DNA of 62,834 bases, the filler included. It is 10 parts of 10 records of this genome, joined end to end, with 100 filler letters (N's around TTAATTAATTAA, not from the genome) between each part and the next. Parts side by side here need not be neighbours in the genome. Positions count along the whole stretch, not along the records: positions 45,458 to 51,459 come from SRR31147125_39249; positions 51,560 to 56,577 come from SRR31147125_39319; positions 56,678 to 62,834 come from SRR31147125_39321; 7 more parts are not named here. The stretch is one strand, 5' to 3'. Positions 45,358 to 57,280 of this stretch are shown here, one piece after another. Both the position numbers and the translations under genes were made by a program. Positions within the stretch are counted from its first letter, which is position 1; each line of letters begins with the position of its first letter. Under the pieces are notes generated by a model that was not told where the DNA came from, did not search any database, and was given only the letters and a program-made list of their open reading frames with translations.

Positions 45358-45457
45358 NNNNNNNNNNNNNNNNNNNNNNNNNNNNNNNNNNNNNNNNNNN
45401 NTTAATTAATTAANNNNNNNNNNNNNNNNNNNNNNNNNNNNNNNNNNNNNNNNNNNN
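45358..45457. other. Synthetic contig spacer
   Basis: N44-TTAATTAATTAA-N44. Confidence 0.99.
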
Positions 45458-45740
45458 TTTTTCAAGATTATTTAAAAAGGAATCTTATAAATATCTTATA
45501 CCATCGGAGTATAAGGATATTAGGCTGTAAAATTTTTATTTTAAGCAAAAATATATTAGAATTTGAGAGAGGAACTGATAAGGTTTTCTCTTTTTTATTT
45601 TTATGTAGAAAGGCTAGCGCATATATATAGCACTCTAAAGGCATATTCTGCTATTAGAAGCAATTGAATATACAACATTGAAAAAGCATATAACCCCAAA
45701 CTCTTGACTGCTTGTAGTTATTGGGTTTATAGTAATAAGC

Positions 45741-46680
45741 ATGCGAGAAAAAAACATATTTCAGAATAAAAAAATCATGATTATAACCGCTATCTTTTGC
45801 TGCTTTTTATGGGGGAGCTCTATAGTTGCAATAAAGAGCATTTATAATTTAAGTGGCGTGAATAAAGTGTTTGAAAAGATGATGCTTGCAGGTATAAGAT
45901 TTTTTATAGCTGGCATTTTAGTTATTGTGTTTACAAAGCATTTCACTAAATCATCCATTAAGATTGAAAAATCAAATATAGGATTGATTGCATTAATTGG
46001 AATTATGCAGACCTTTTTATCCTATTTTTTTATTACAACGGAATAGCAAATACAACAGGAGCAAACTCTGCAATAATATGCGGATGCTTTAATACATTTT
46101 TTGTTGCTGTTTTATCACTGGTTTTTTTAAAGGATATAGGTTTAGCTTTTACAATATTCTTGGCTTGATTGTTGGGTTTTTTGGTGTTTTAATTCTAAGT
46201 TTTAACCCTTCTAATTCCGCAAATTTCTCGCTTAATCCGCTGGGTGATGGCTTTATAGTTATGCACTCGCTTTTTAATTCAATCTCCCTTATGATTATAA
46301 AAACGCATAAACAAAACATAAACATCCTAGCATTAAACGGGTATCAGTTTTTATTTGGTGGAAGTTTATTGCTGATTATATCGGCCATTTTTAATCCGCA
46401 TATAATTACTCTAACGCCATTATCTTGGGTTTTGCTTTTGTATACTGCGGTTCTTTCTGCTACAGCATTTTCGCTATGGTTTACCATTATAAACTATCAT
46501 GATGCAACAAAAGTTGCTATGTATCAGTTTGCAATACCCGTTTTTGGTACATTATTTTCAATAGCTATTTTACCTAATGAAAGGTTTACCCTTACGGTAA
46601 TGGCTTCTCTTGTTTTAGTAGCTGCAAGCATAATAATCTATAATTACAAGCGTAAAAACAGCGTATCAAAACCAAGATAA
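45741..46680 (+). CDS. DMT/EamA family transporter, frameshifted at the T-run near 46030
   Basis: CCFLWGS, AGIRFFIAG and IPVFGTLFS..ILPNE motifs; about 10 TM segments. Confidence 0.85.
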
Positions 46681-47541
46681 CTGAGTATAACTGTATCCCT
46701 TTTATAGCCTTCGGTTATACTTTTGTGAGAAGATATAATATGATACTTTTTGCATTCAGCTTTAAAATCTGCATATAACTTTTTTGCATCAAGGCAAGAA
46801 CAGCTATACCTATCATCATAAGTTTTAATATATCGATCACTTAGCCCGTCAAAAAGTTTATCGATCTTCTTGTAATAATATGCTCTTTGGCGGTCTCTCA
46901 GTGTAACGCCTAAACCTGCATAAATATATTCAATATTATTTTCATAGGTTTTGGTTACTAAATCTATAATATTCTGTTTTGAATCGGTTATAAATGGCAA
47001 AATAGGCATAGCAAAGACGCAACAAGGGATCTTGTTACGTCTTAATTCTTTTAGTGCCAAAATCTTTCTGATGAAGCGCATACATTTGGCTCAATGATCT
47101 TGCTAAGCTCATCACTTGCGCTTGTTATTGTCATGCATACTAAAACAGGTGAGTGGCTTTGTATCTTTTTTAGTATATCAATGTCCCTTAAAACCAAGTC
47201 CGATTTTGTTGTGATCATTATACCAAAGCCATAAGCATTTACAGCTTCTAACGCTTTTCTTGTAAGCAAATATTTTTCTTCGCAAGGATTATATGGGTCG
47301 TTCATACCACCTGTGCCCACAACACCTTTTTTTCTTTTGAAGCTAAGTTCTTTGTTATTATTTCAGTGCTGTTTTTCTTTGCTCTAACTGTAGAAAAATT
47401 ATCGATATGATAACAGTCGCTTCTGCTGTCACAATAAATACACCCATGACTACACCCTTTGTAGATGTTCATATTATAATCACAGCCAAACCAGTTTTGT
47501 TTTTGTGCATGTACTATGTTTTTAGCAGAAACAAATTCCAT
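46666..47541 (-). CDS. SPL-like radical SAM protein, frameshifted
   Basis: NIYKGCSHGCIYCDSRS (CxxxCxxC), DPYNP, TKSDLVLRDID, IEP and MPILPFITD motifs spread over several frames. Confidence 0.85.
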
Positions 47542-47547
47542 AAACCT

Positions 47548-48270
47548 CTATTTGCAATGAAAAAGTATAGCATCACTCATTTTCTTTGCAGTTCCCTCAC
47601 CAAACTTGTCGATATTCTCTTTAAATCTTACATCATTTACATACATTTCTGCAAGACCGCAAAGAATCTCATCGTTACAATTGTAATAATTTTTTGTTAT
47701 ATGTGCTTGCCAATCTAAAACAAGTTGTTTTGAATTATCAGAACAAGCGTCTTTTAATTTCGAAAATGCATTAAATAGAGAGTCTGCCTCCTCTTTAATC
47801 CTTTGCATATCATCTTTAGTATGCTTAGAGGTCTTTTGCTCGCTTTGCTTATATGCATCAGTATTGCCCCATTTTTGTTTTACTTCTTTTTCGTAATTTT
47901 GTTTAGCTTTTTCTATTTCACTTATATCAAACTCTTTAAAACTCATAGTACTTTCTCCTTTAATTTCCTCATTAATAGTTTTTATTATGCCATTAAGCCT
48001 ATTTCGTTTTGCAAGCAACACGTTCCTATGAAGCAGCAGTGCTTTTTTATAGTTGATATTCCCATCAGATAAAAACTTTTTAATGTCTTTAAGCGAAAAG
48101 TCCATCTCCTTAAAAAGCATAATTTGCTTTAGTTTAGTTAAATCTTCATCATCATAATATCTATATCCATTTTCGCTTCTTTTAGCGCAAAGCAGACCTA
48201 TCTTGTCGTAATGATGAAGTGCTCTTTTTGAAATTTTAGTGATATCACAAACTTGTTTAATGGTTTTCAT
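47548..48270 (-). CDS. MerR family regulator with TipAS antibiotic-recognition domain
   Basis: ALHHYDKIGLL, NGYRYY and GLAEMYVNDVRF motifs. Confidence 0.9.
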   Translation of the reverse strand: MKTIKQVCDITKISKRALHHYDKIGLLCAKRSENGYRYYDDEDLTKLKQIMLFKEMDFSLKDIKKFLSDGNINYKKALLLHRNVLLAKRNRLNGIIKTINEEIKGESTMSFKEFDISEIEKAKQNYEKEVKQKWGNTDAYKQSEQKTSKHTKDDMQRIKEEADSLFNAFSKLKDACSDNSKQLVLDWQAHITKNYYNCNDEILCGLAEMYVNDVRFKENIDKFGEGTAKKMSDAILFHCK

Positions 48271-48276
48271 AGTTAA

Positions 48277-48307
48277 ATAATAAGGTATGACGTAAGTGTA
48301 TAGTCAA
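48277..48307 (-). promoter_or_regulatory. MerR-type promoter with 19-bp spacer, probably leaderless
   Basis: Minus-strand TTGACT-N19-TATTAT-N6-ATG; no SD sequence. Confidence 0.65.
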
Positions 48308-48477
48308 GTACTTTAATTGATTTTTATTTTTTTCTTAATGGTTGTATTAATTTTGCGTTGTTTAACAAACACTATCTTTTATACATATTATAATATTAAT
48401 CAGCAATATTTGCAGTATTTTTTATGTTTTAAAAAAGATTCTTAAAGCTGATAAACACCAAACAAGGAGAAAAGGCG

Positions 48478-48699
48478 ATGACTATTAGATTAGACCTTTT
48501 GGGTTTCGGTTGCGCCGAGGCTTTAGATAAGGTAGAGAGAAAATGTATAAAGCTTGGATATGATGATGTTTTAGAGGTTTTATTCGATTGTCCTTGCAGT
48601 GCAAAAACGATTCCTGAATGGGGAAGAAAAAATGGATATTATGTTGAGATGGAAAGCTTAGATAATGGATCATATATTTGTAGTTTACAAAGGGCATAA
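48478..48699 (+). CDS. TusA/SirA-like sulfurtransferase family protein
   Basis: 73 aa, LDLLGFGC and LEVLFDCPCSAKTIPEW; AAGGAG RBS. Confidence 0.7.
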   Translation: MTIRLDLLGFGCAEALDKVERKCIKLGYDDVLEVLFDCPCSAKTIPEWGRKNGYYVEMESLDNGSYICSLQRA

Positions 48700-48733
48700 A
48701 ATATAGCCATCTCAATAAATAATTTTTAAAATA

Positions 48734-48770
48734 AGGGCTGCTACAAAAATATATACTTTTGTACAGCCCT
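48734..48770. terminator. Hairpin between convergent genes
   Basis: AGGGCTG(C)TACAAAA ... TTTTGTACAGCCCT. Confidence 0.6.
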
Positions 48771-48779
48771 ACTATAGCA

Positions 48780-50146
48780 TTATTTTTTATTCAATATTTT
48801 ATCAGCAACATAAAGCCCGTGCGCTGCTGCATGCGATAATGATCTTGTAAATCCACCACCATCTCCAACAGCATAGACACCTTTGCATCCTTCAAGTTCA
48901 AAATCTTCCGCCAATGGTCTTGCCGAATAATATTTACATTCGACGCCATAAAGAAGTGTATCATAGTTTGATGTTCCTGGTGCTATATTATTTAGGTGGT
49001 CTAAGGTTTCTATTATGTTATCCAATTGCCTTTTTGGCATACAAAGGCTTAAATCACCTGGTACTGCATTTAGTGTTGGTCTTGTTGTACTTTGTCTCAA
49101 TCTTGCTTCGTTGGTTCTTCTTCCCAGACGTAAATCCCCTAATCTTTGAACCAAAACACTGCCGCCGCTTATTAAGTTTGAAAGCGATGCAATGTATCTA
49201 GCATACTCAATTGGGTTATTAAATGGTTCTGTAAATTTAATAGTAGTTAAAAGTGCAAAGTTGGAGTTGCGTGTCTTTTTCTCTTCGCCTCTATAAGAAT
49301 GACCATTAACGGTTAAAACTCCATCTGTGTTTTCTACAACAACGTTACCTCTGTCATTAAAACAGAACATTCTTGTTGTGTCTCCATATATCTTTGATCT
49401 ATACCAAATCTTAGGCTCATATATTTTCTCAGAAAAATCCTTCCAAACAATAGAAGGTAACTCCACCCTAACACCCACATCTACTTGAGTATTCCTTACA
49501 GGTATATCATTTTTAACACACCAATTCGTAAAGCTTCTGCTTCCTGCTCTTCCTACAGCAAAAATAATTTCTTTTGCGTAAATCTTTTCGCTGTCATTTA
49601 TAGTAAGTATATGTTCTTTTTTATCCACATCAGTAACATTGGTGTTTGTTCTTATATCTACTTTATCCTCTATGCTGGCAATAATGTTCAACATAGTTTG
49701 ATAGTTATAATCTGTACCTAGATGTTTAAGTTGTGCTTGCTGCATATGAAGATCATACTCTATGCACTTTTTCTTAAGCTCGTCGTTTGGCATATATCTT
49801 TGCTCTGTTGCGCCAAAATCCACCATAATTGAATCGGCTCTTTCAATATATTCCATTACTTGCTCGTGTGATAAAAACTCTGTAAGCCATCCACCGTATT
49901 CTGTTGAAATTATATATTTACCATCAGAAAAAGCACCAGCACCAGCCATACCCTCCATTATTGCGCAGCTTTTACACTTAATACATCCAGAAACTTTCTT
50001 ATTAATAATAGGACAATTTCTTTTATCAAGAGCGTTTCCTTTTTCAAAAGAACTATATTCAAAGAAGGATCTTTATTAATAAGATTATAAGCCGCCATAA
50101 TGCCGCTTATTCCTCCACCGATAATAGCAATATCATGTTTATTCAT
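48780..50146 (-). CDS. FAD-dependent oxidoreductase, frameshifted near 50040
   Basis: IIGGGISG in the N-terminal frame; GAGAFSDGK, VDVGVRVE, LLYGVECKYYS and AVGDGGG downstream. Confidence 0.88.
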
Positions 50147-50395
50147 AACGTACTCCTTTATAGTTACAAGATTATACCAAATGTATTAAAGCAACAAATT
50201 ATATTATATTATGTTTGCATGAATATAGCAATTTTTTTAAGTTTCTATTGATTTTAATTCTCTTTATATATAATTAACAATCAACAGCTTGATTAATATT
50301 ATGAATGTGTATATTATGGTAGTACAATAAAATGAGTGGAGTTTAGTATTTTTAAAACTACATTTTTAGCAATATATTTAATAAGGAGTTTTTAT

Positions 50396-51175
50396 ATGTA
50401 CCCTTCTTTTGAAGTTTTTGGATTCGATATCCATTTTTATTCAATATTTTATATGCTAGGCTTAGTTGCTGGCTGTATTGTCTTTGTATACGGAAGAAAA
50501 GAGTTTAAGGATCAACGAGAAAAGTTATTAGATTTATATATATATTTGGTGCTTGGTATTATGCTTGGCGCTAAGTTGATGTATATTTTAGTGAATATAA
50601 AAGATTATATAGGAAACGCTGCACTGCTTTGGCAAGACATTAGAAGAGGATTTTTATTCTATGGTGGGTTTATTGGTGCATGTATAGCAGCGTATCTTTT
50701 TTTAAAAAAGAACAAGAGTCTACCTTATTTAAAAATAATAGATCTAGCTGCACCAGCAATACCATTAGGGCATGCCATTGGAAGAATAGGTTGCTTATTT
50801 GCTGGTTGTTGTTATGGTAAACCAACAAATTTGCCTTGGGGTATTGTATATCCGTCTAGTTGTCCAATAGCACCAAGCGGTATACCGCTTCATCCAACAC
50901 CTATTTATGAGATTTTGATGAACCTTATACTCTTTGCTTCTCTTTTGATTATTAGAAATAAAACAAAATATAAAGGTGTTCTTATGTCTTATTATCTAGT
51001 TGGATACGGAATAATAAGATTTATAAACGAATACTTTAGAGCGGACTATGATCCTGTATTTTTAAACCTAACAGTTGCACAATGGACGAGTGTTGTTATG
51101 TTTGTTTGTGCTGTTATATTCTATTTTGCTGTTAGAGCAATAAATAATAAAATGGAACTAAAAGAGAATAAATAG
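50396..51175 (+). CDS. lgt: Prolipoprotein diacylglyceryl transferase
   Basis: FYGG, GRIGC..GCCYG, HPTPIYE and RFINEYFR motifs; AAGGAG RBS. Confidence 0.88.
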   Translation: MYPSFEVFGFDIHFYSIFYMLGLVAGCIVFVYGRKEFKDQREKLLDLYIYLVLGIMLGAKLMYILVNIKDYIGNAALLWQDIRRGFLFYGGFIGACIAAYLFLKKNKSLPYLKIIDLAAPAIPLGHAIGRIGCLFAGCCYGKPTNLPWGIVYPSSCPIAPSGIPLHPTPIYEILMNLILFASLLIIRNKTKYKGVLMSYYLVGYGIIRFINEYFRADYDPVFLNLTVAQWTSVVMFVCAVIFYFAVRAINNKMELKENK

Positions 51176-51195
51176 TTTTAATAAACGATATATGC

Positions 51196-51232
51196 CAGCA
51201 GTGTTTTATATATAAACACTGCTGTTTTTTTA
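51196..51232 (+). terminator. Rho-independent terminator
   Basis: CAGCAGTGTTT / AAACACTGCTG stem followed by a T-run. Confidence 0.85.
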
Positions 51233-51278
51233 CTGTAAACAATCTATAGATGCACTTCGTTTTAAAAGTTTTGAATGC

Positions 51279-51307
51279 TTGACTTGAAAATCAAAGAATT
51301 GTATAAT
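51279..51307 (+). promoter_or_regulatory. Sigma70/sigmaA promoter
   Basis: TTGACT-N17-TATAAT upstream of a truncated ORF starting near 51415. Confidence 0.65.
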
Positions 51308-51459
51308 AACCGTAATGAGGGCTGTCGTGTCCGCTTTTCGGTTATTTTTATATTTTGACGAATATATTTATATATAATTACATCAATTAAAAGCTGCTGA
51401 TAGAATGGAGTATTATGATGCTGACTAAGTTAGAAGATTTAGAAGTTTTACTTGAAAAA

Positions 51460-51559
51460 NNNNNNNNNNNNNNNNNNNNNNNNNNNNNNNNNNNNNNNNN
51501 NNNTTAATTAATTAANNNNNNNNNNNNNNNNNNNNNNNNNNNNNNNNNNNNNNNNNNNN
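51460..51559. other. Synthetic contig spacer
   Basis: N44-TTAATTAATTAA-N44. Confidence 0.99.
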
Positions 51560-51568
51560 TAAACCATT

Positions 51569-53316
51569 ATGTACCGACTAATACCTTTAATTTTACTTGT
51601 CGTTTTTCTGAATTCCTGTAATAAACAAACACCTCCCAATATTATAATCATTCTTTCCGACGATCAGGGTTGGGGCGATTTAAGTACAAACGGAAATACA
51701 AATATTCAAACTCCAAATATTGATAAACTGGCAGAAACCGGAGTTTCTTTCGATCGGTTTTATGTTTGTCCGGTGTGCTCTCCTACCCGCGCAGAACTGT
51801 TAACCGGAAGAAGTCATGTTCGTGGAGGTGTCTATTCAACATCGGCTGGTGGCGAACGACTCGATTTGGATGAAACAACCATTGCCCAGGTGTTTAAAAA
51901 TGCCGGATACAAAACAGCCGCATACGGAAAATGGCACAACGGAATGCAGCCACCTTACCATCCAAATGCGCGTGGGTTTGAAGATTTTTACGGTTTCTGT
52001 TCCGGCCACTGGGGAAATTATTTTAGCCCTATGTTGGAACACAACGGCGAAATTGTAAATGGCGAAGGTTTTATTATCGACGATTTAACCAACCATGGAA
52101 TTGATTTTATTGAAAAGAATCAGGAAAATCCATTCTTTTTATACCTTCCTTTAAATACACCGCATTCACCCATGCAGGTTCCCAATGAATATTGGGATAA
52201 GTTTGAAAACGAAGAACTAAAATTGTTGAATCGAAATCCTGAATTGGAAAGTATTCAACATACAAAAGCAGCACTGGCAATGTGCGAAAATATCGACTGG
52301 AATGTTGGAAGAATAAATCAGAAGCTGGAAGAACTGGGAATTTCGGAAAACACAATTGTTGTTTATTTTTCAGATAACGGCTTTAATGGCTGGCGCTGGA
52401 ACGGCGGAATGAAAGGCCGGAAAGGCTCGACCGACGAAGGAGGTGTACGTTCTCCCTGTTTATAAAATGGCCAGGGAAATTAACTCAAGGGAAAAAAATA
52501 ATACAAATTGCTTCGGTAATGGATCTACTACCCACTTTAACCGATTTGGCAGAAATTGAAAATCAACCGGAAAAACCATTGGATGGAATTAGTTTAAAAC
52601 CTTTGCTAATGGAGGAAAGTCCGGCCTGGAATAATCGTTTTATTATTAACTACTGGGGAAATAAGACGAGTGTTCGCGACCAAAAATACAGACTAGATTA
52701 CGAGGGTAATCTTTTTGATATGGAAAAAGATCCGGGGCAAAACATAAATATTGCAGAAAATTTACCTCAAATAGTACATGAACTTTCAATTGAAAAAGAA
52801 AAATGGGAAAATGAAGTTTTAAGTGAACTACCGGAAAAAGATAACCGCACGTTTACCATTGCACACCCCGATTTTATTTGGACACAAATTCCGGCACGCG
52901 ACGGAACTGCTCATGGAAATATTCAGCGTTCCAACCAATATCCAAATTGTTCGTTTTTTACCAACTGGATTTCATCAACCGACAGTATAACCTGGGAAGC
53001 CGAAGTTCTTTCTGAAGGAGATTTTGAAGTTACCTTGTATTATACATGTCCAACCGATGATATTGGTTCAAATTTTCAACTCAGTTTTAGAAACGAAATA
53101 TTGATCTCTAAAATTACTGAAGCACACAACCCTCCTTTAACAGGAATGGAAAATGACCGTGATCCCAGGATTGAATCGTATGTAAAAGATTTTAAACCTT
53201 TGAACATCGGAACCATTCATTTGGAAAAAGGAACTGGGACTTTAACATTAAAAGCGACTGAAATTCCCGGAACTCAGGTTATGGATTTCCGGTTAATCAT
53301 GTTAAAACGTATTTAG
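51569..53316 (+). CDS. Cys-type (formylglycine) arylsulfatase lipoprotein, frameshifted near 52455
   Basis: Lipobox LNSC, DDQG, CSPTR, GKWH and SDNG motifs; continues in ORF 52519-53316. Confidence 0.9.
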
Positions 53317-53337
53317 TATTGCAGGTTTTTTTGCTGT

Positions 53338-54666
53338 TTATTTTAAATTTTTTGATGGTATATTATATACTGCAATCCCCGAAATAACCAGTGGGATAGA
53401 GAAAATTATAAAAAGCGAAGAAATCGATAAATCCATATCTGAAAGGATTCCAAAAATTGCAGGTCCGGCAATAGCGCCAAATCGCCCGGCTCCGGTTGCC
53501 CAGCCAATGCCTGTTGTTCTTACTTCTGTTGCATATACACGGGTTGTTGCCGGCCAGTAACCATTAAAACCACCCTGAACAAAAATTCCAATCAAAAAGG
53601 TCATAAAAAACATTAGGGCATTATTTAATGGTAAACTTCCATAAATAACCATAATCGCAAATGCAATAATAAAAAAGCTAAAGATCAACTTTTTTAGCCT
53701 GAAATGTGCTGCCAGCCAACCTATTCCGGTACTTCCGATAAATGCCCCTACATTTAACATAGTTCCTACATAAGTAGCCATTTTAAAAGGCATACCCGAA
53801 TCGGTTGCTATACTTGGAACCCAGCTAATTAAAGTATACAAGGTCATAAAACCGAAAAATATACCAATCCACAATCGAATTGTTGATCCCCGGTATTCCT
53901 TCGAAAATAATGTTTTTACAGTAGGATGAGGAGTGATCTCCATTTCCGGAAGTTCGTCGATTTCGGGCTGACCAATTTTTTTAAATATTTTATTGATTTT
54001 TTCCAATGCTTTTTTGGGCTGCTTCCGCCAGAGATATTCTATCGATTCCGGCATAAAAAATACAACCATTACCAACATTACAGCCGAAATTATTCCTGCT
54101 GCCAGATAAGCGAATCGCCAGCCAAATTCGGGAACTGCCCATGCAGTAAAAAAGCCCATAAAAATAGCACCAATCGGGTAACCGGCCTGTACAAAACCAA
54201 CCGCCAAATCTTTTCTTTTATTATTGGAAAACTCAGAGGCAATCGCGGCCATGGTTGGTAACAATCCACCGATTCCCAAACCTGCCATAAATCTTAAAAA
54301 TAACAGTTGGTAATAACCGGTAACCAAAGATGATAAAATCATTGCCAGAGCTTCCACCCCTACAGCATAAATAAATAGTTTTCTTCGCCCAATCCGGTCT
54401 GCAATAGGGGCAACAAACAAACATCCCAATGTCATTCCGGCCAATCCGGCACTAAAAATATAACCTTGCAGTGCTTTGGTTAATCCCCATTCTGCTAAAA
54501 TCTCGGAACCTGTATATGATACTACCATTACATCAATTCCATCGTTCATATTCAAAATGAAACACATGATTACAACAAAAACCTGAAACCCCATCATCGG
54601 CTTTTCTGCTATTAAATCGGTTAATTGTTGTTGTGAATATTTTTTTGAAGTTGATTTACTTTCCAT
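53338..54666 (-). CDS. MFS transporter, aromatic acid:H+ symporter-like
   Basis: DGID in TM1, ADRIGRR, RFMAGLGIGG and RTTGIGWA..GRFG motifs. Confidence 0.8.
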   Translation of the reverse strand: MESKSTSKKYSQQQLTDLIAEKPMMGFQVFVVIMCFILNMNDGIDVMVVSYTGSEILAEWGLTKALQGYIFSAGLAGMTLGCLFVAPIADRIGRRKLFIYAVGVEALAMILSSLVTGYYQLLFLRFMAGLGIGGLLPTMAAIASEFSNNKRKDLAVGFVQAGYPIGAIFMGFFTAWAVPEFGWRFAYLAAGIISAVMLVMVVFFMPESIEYLWRKQPKKALEKINKIFKKIGQPEIDELPEMEITPHPTVKTLFSKEYRGSTIRLWIGIFFGFMTLYTLISWVPSIATDSGMPFKMATYVGTMLNVGAFIGSTGIGWLAAHFRLKKLIFSFFIIAFAIMVIYGSLPLNNALMFFMTFLIGIFVQGGFNGYWPATTRVYATEVRTTGIGWATGAGRFGAIAGPAIFGILSDMDLSISSLFIIFSIPLVISGIAVYNIPSKNLK

Positions 54667-54674
54667 ACCACTTA

Positions 54675-55693
54675 TTATTCAGCCATTTGAATTACTATTT
54701 TACTATCTGTTCCTTTTGATGCCTCTTCAAGTGCAGTTTGTATCTCATTTAAGGAGAAATAACGGGAAACAATAAAACCCGGTTGAATAATATCTCTTTC
54801 AACCAGTTTTATTACCCGGTTATAATCAAACGGATGATCGTAAATCAAAGAGGTAACTATACTGTTCCCCTTTCTGGAAATTAAACGGGGAGTAAAATTT
54901 GCATAAGTATCAGACAGTCCGAGTAAAATAATCTCTGCTCCGCGCGGTGCCACCTGAATTGCCATAGTAGCCGATTTTTCCGAACCGGCACATTCAAACA
55001 GTGAAATTACACCTTCTTCGGCAAAAACCGTTTCTAATTTTTCAACAGTCTCTTCCGGGGTATTACCGCCTTTTACAGGAGTTGCTCCCATTTCAACGGC
55101 TACCTTTATTTTCGATTCAATGATTTCTGAAACAAGGACTTTAAACCCCAATTTTAATGCAATATGTGTTACCAGTAAACCAATGGCACCCAATCCGATT
55201 ACTGCAATAGTATCTCCGGGTTTAGCATTAGAACGAATGATAGCAGAATAAGCAACAGTAGCCGGTTCTATAGCAACAGCATTAATAGCTGAAATAGATT
55301 CGGGCAGTGCATGCAAAAACTTCCCGGGAAGTACAATATATTCTGCAAAACAGCCTGTTTCCCTAACTCCAATTATTCTTTTATCCTTGCAAATATTGCC
55401 TTTTCCACTCCAACACTCTGGGCAACTATGACAAGGCAGATTTGGTTCAATAGCCACACGTTCACCAATTCGTTGCGACGAAACACCAATTCCTACTTTT
55501 TCAATAATACCTATTCCTTCATGCCCAATCGTTAAAGGCATTCAACGGTATGGCCATTTTTAAACATATGAACATCGGAACCGCAAACTCCTACCATAGT
55601 TAACCGTACCAAAATTTCTCCCTCTCCCGGTTCAGGAACAGGTGAGTTTGCCAATTGAATTTTGTACGGTTCAATAAGAAAAGACTGTAGCAT
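54675..55693 (-). CDS. Zinc-binding alcohol/polyol dehydrogenase, frameshifted near 55545
   Basis: GVCGSDVH in the upstream frame; GHE, CxxCxxC..C and GLGAIG downstream. Confidence 0.88.
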
Positions 55694-55886
55694 AAATTGA
55701 GCTGTTTTGAATCGACCTTAAATCTTGAATTTTACGGAAATGAAAATATCAAATTGTAAAGGTTGATCTATTTTAGTTTTAGTTTATTATAAATTGAAAT
55801 CCAATAAGCCTTAAAACTATAAAATATTTCAGAAACATCGTTTTTTTATTTTACTTTGAAAGTAAACAACCAAAAAATTTAACAAC

Positions 55887-56577
55887 ATGAAAAATAAACT
55901 AAAACTTTCATTTTTATTATTGGCATTCCTTTTTACTCAACAAATATCTTTTGGTCAATCCCGGCTACCTTCTGGTTCAACCTATAAAGATGTTGTTATT
56001 GCATCAGTAGATGACATGGGAGATGAATTTCAGTTACGTTCGAATATTTATTTACCACAGGAAAAACCGGAAAAACCGTTACCATTACTTATATATATTC
56101 ATGGAAATGGTGGTGCATATAATTTTGCCAATGGTTCTACTTCGTATGAATTAACAATAGAACTGGCCAACCGTGGAATTGCCGTGGCAACCGCTGACTA
56201 CCGACCCAAAACAGGACTACCGGAAAACATTTTTGATGTTAAAGCATATATCCGTTATTTCAGGGCAAATGCAGAAAAATATAACATCGATCCGGAAAGA
56301 ATTGGAATTTGGGGAACATCGCGCGGCGGAAACCTGGCTTCATTAATTGCAGCCACCGGCGATAGTCCTGAACATGAAGGTGATGTTGGCGGAAACCTGG
56401 ATCAATCGAGCACAATTCAATATGCAGCTATTTATTATCCGTTTATTGTATCACTTACGGGAGAACAACCACTTATCCCGTTCATGTCAGGAATAAACCG
56501 AGAAGATTACCCGGAAATTATTGAAGCTTTTAAAAACAAAGATAGTTCGAGCCCACACTGGAAAAATGTGGAGAAAA
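55887..56577 (+). CDS. Secreted alpha/beta hydrolase (esterase) (3' truncated)
   Basis: Signal peptide, YIHGNGG, DYR and GTSRGG nucleophile elbow. Confidence 0.8.
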
Positions 56578-56677
56578 NNNNNNNNNNNNNNNNNNNNNNN
56601 NNNNNNNNNNNNNNNNNNNNNTTAATTAATTAANNNNNNNNNNNNNNNNNNNNNNNNNNNNNNNNNNNNNNNNNNNN
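56578..56677. other. Synthetic contig spacer
   Basis: N44-TTAATTAATTAA-N44. Confidence 0.99.
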
Positions 56678-57280
56678 GTTGGCCCCGTGGAGTTCCACCA
56701 TGTCAAACCCCGCTATACAGGCCCTGGATGCGGCGGATGCAAAATTCCGGACCACCCGATCCCGGGATTCATGGCTCATGGGACTGGACCAGGTCTTGAC
56801 CTGGTTAAAAAGGTGCCGGGTCAGGCCGAACCGTTTTTCAAAGGGGAAAAATTCCATAAACCCTTTCAGGGATTCCAGGTTAAAGGTCAGATGCGTGCTG
56901 GTGATGGATGAGGGAAGCAGGGGTCTGGCAGTTCTGGCAAAACGGCCGGCATGGTTGAGCTGAAGGCAGGCCAGTGCCCCCTGTGCCTTGATGCCGGCAG
57001 CCAGCCGGGCCAAACCCGGAATAAATTCATCACTGTCCGCCCTGAGGTTGAACCGGGAAACCACCCCGTCTGCAGATACGGCGGCATTGGCCACCACCAC
57101 CAGGGCCACCCCGGACCGGGCAAGGGTTTTGTAATGTTCCTCCAACCAGGGGCTGACCCGGCCGTCTTCCCTGGCGAACCCGGTGTGGACCGGCAGGGCC
57201 ACCAGCCGGTTTTTCATCTGAAATGGCCCCAGGGTAAACGGGCTGAACAAAAGGGGATATGGTAAATTATCCTTTGCCAT
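56678..57280 (-). CDS. NADH:flavin oxidoreductase (OYE family) (3' truncated)
   Basis: LFSP..MKNRLV, QLNHAGR and AGFDMVELHGAN motifs. Confidence 0.88.

Noticed and set aside
5813..56677. Nine identical TTAATTAATTAA palindromes flanked by Ns
   Set aside because: Artificial concatenation linker, not a biological repeat; ORFs ending in ...LIN are artefacts
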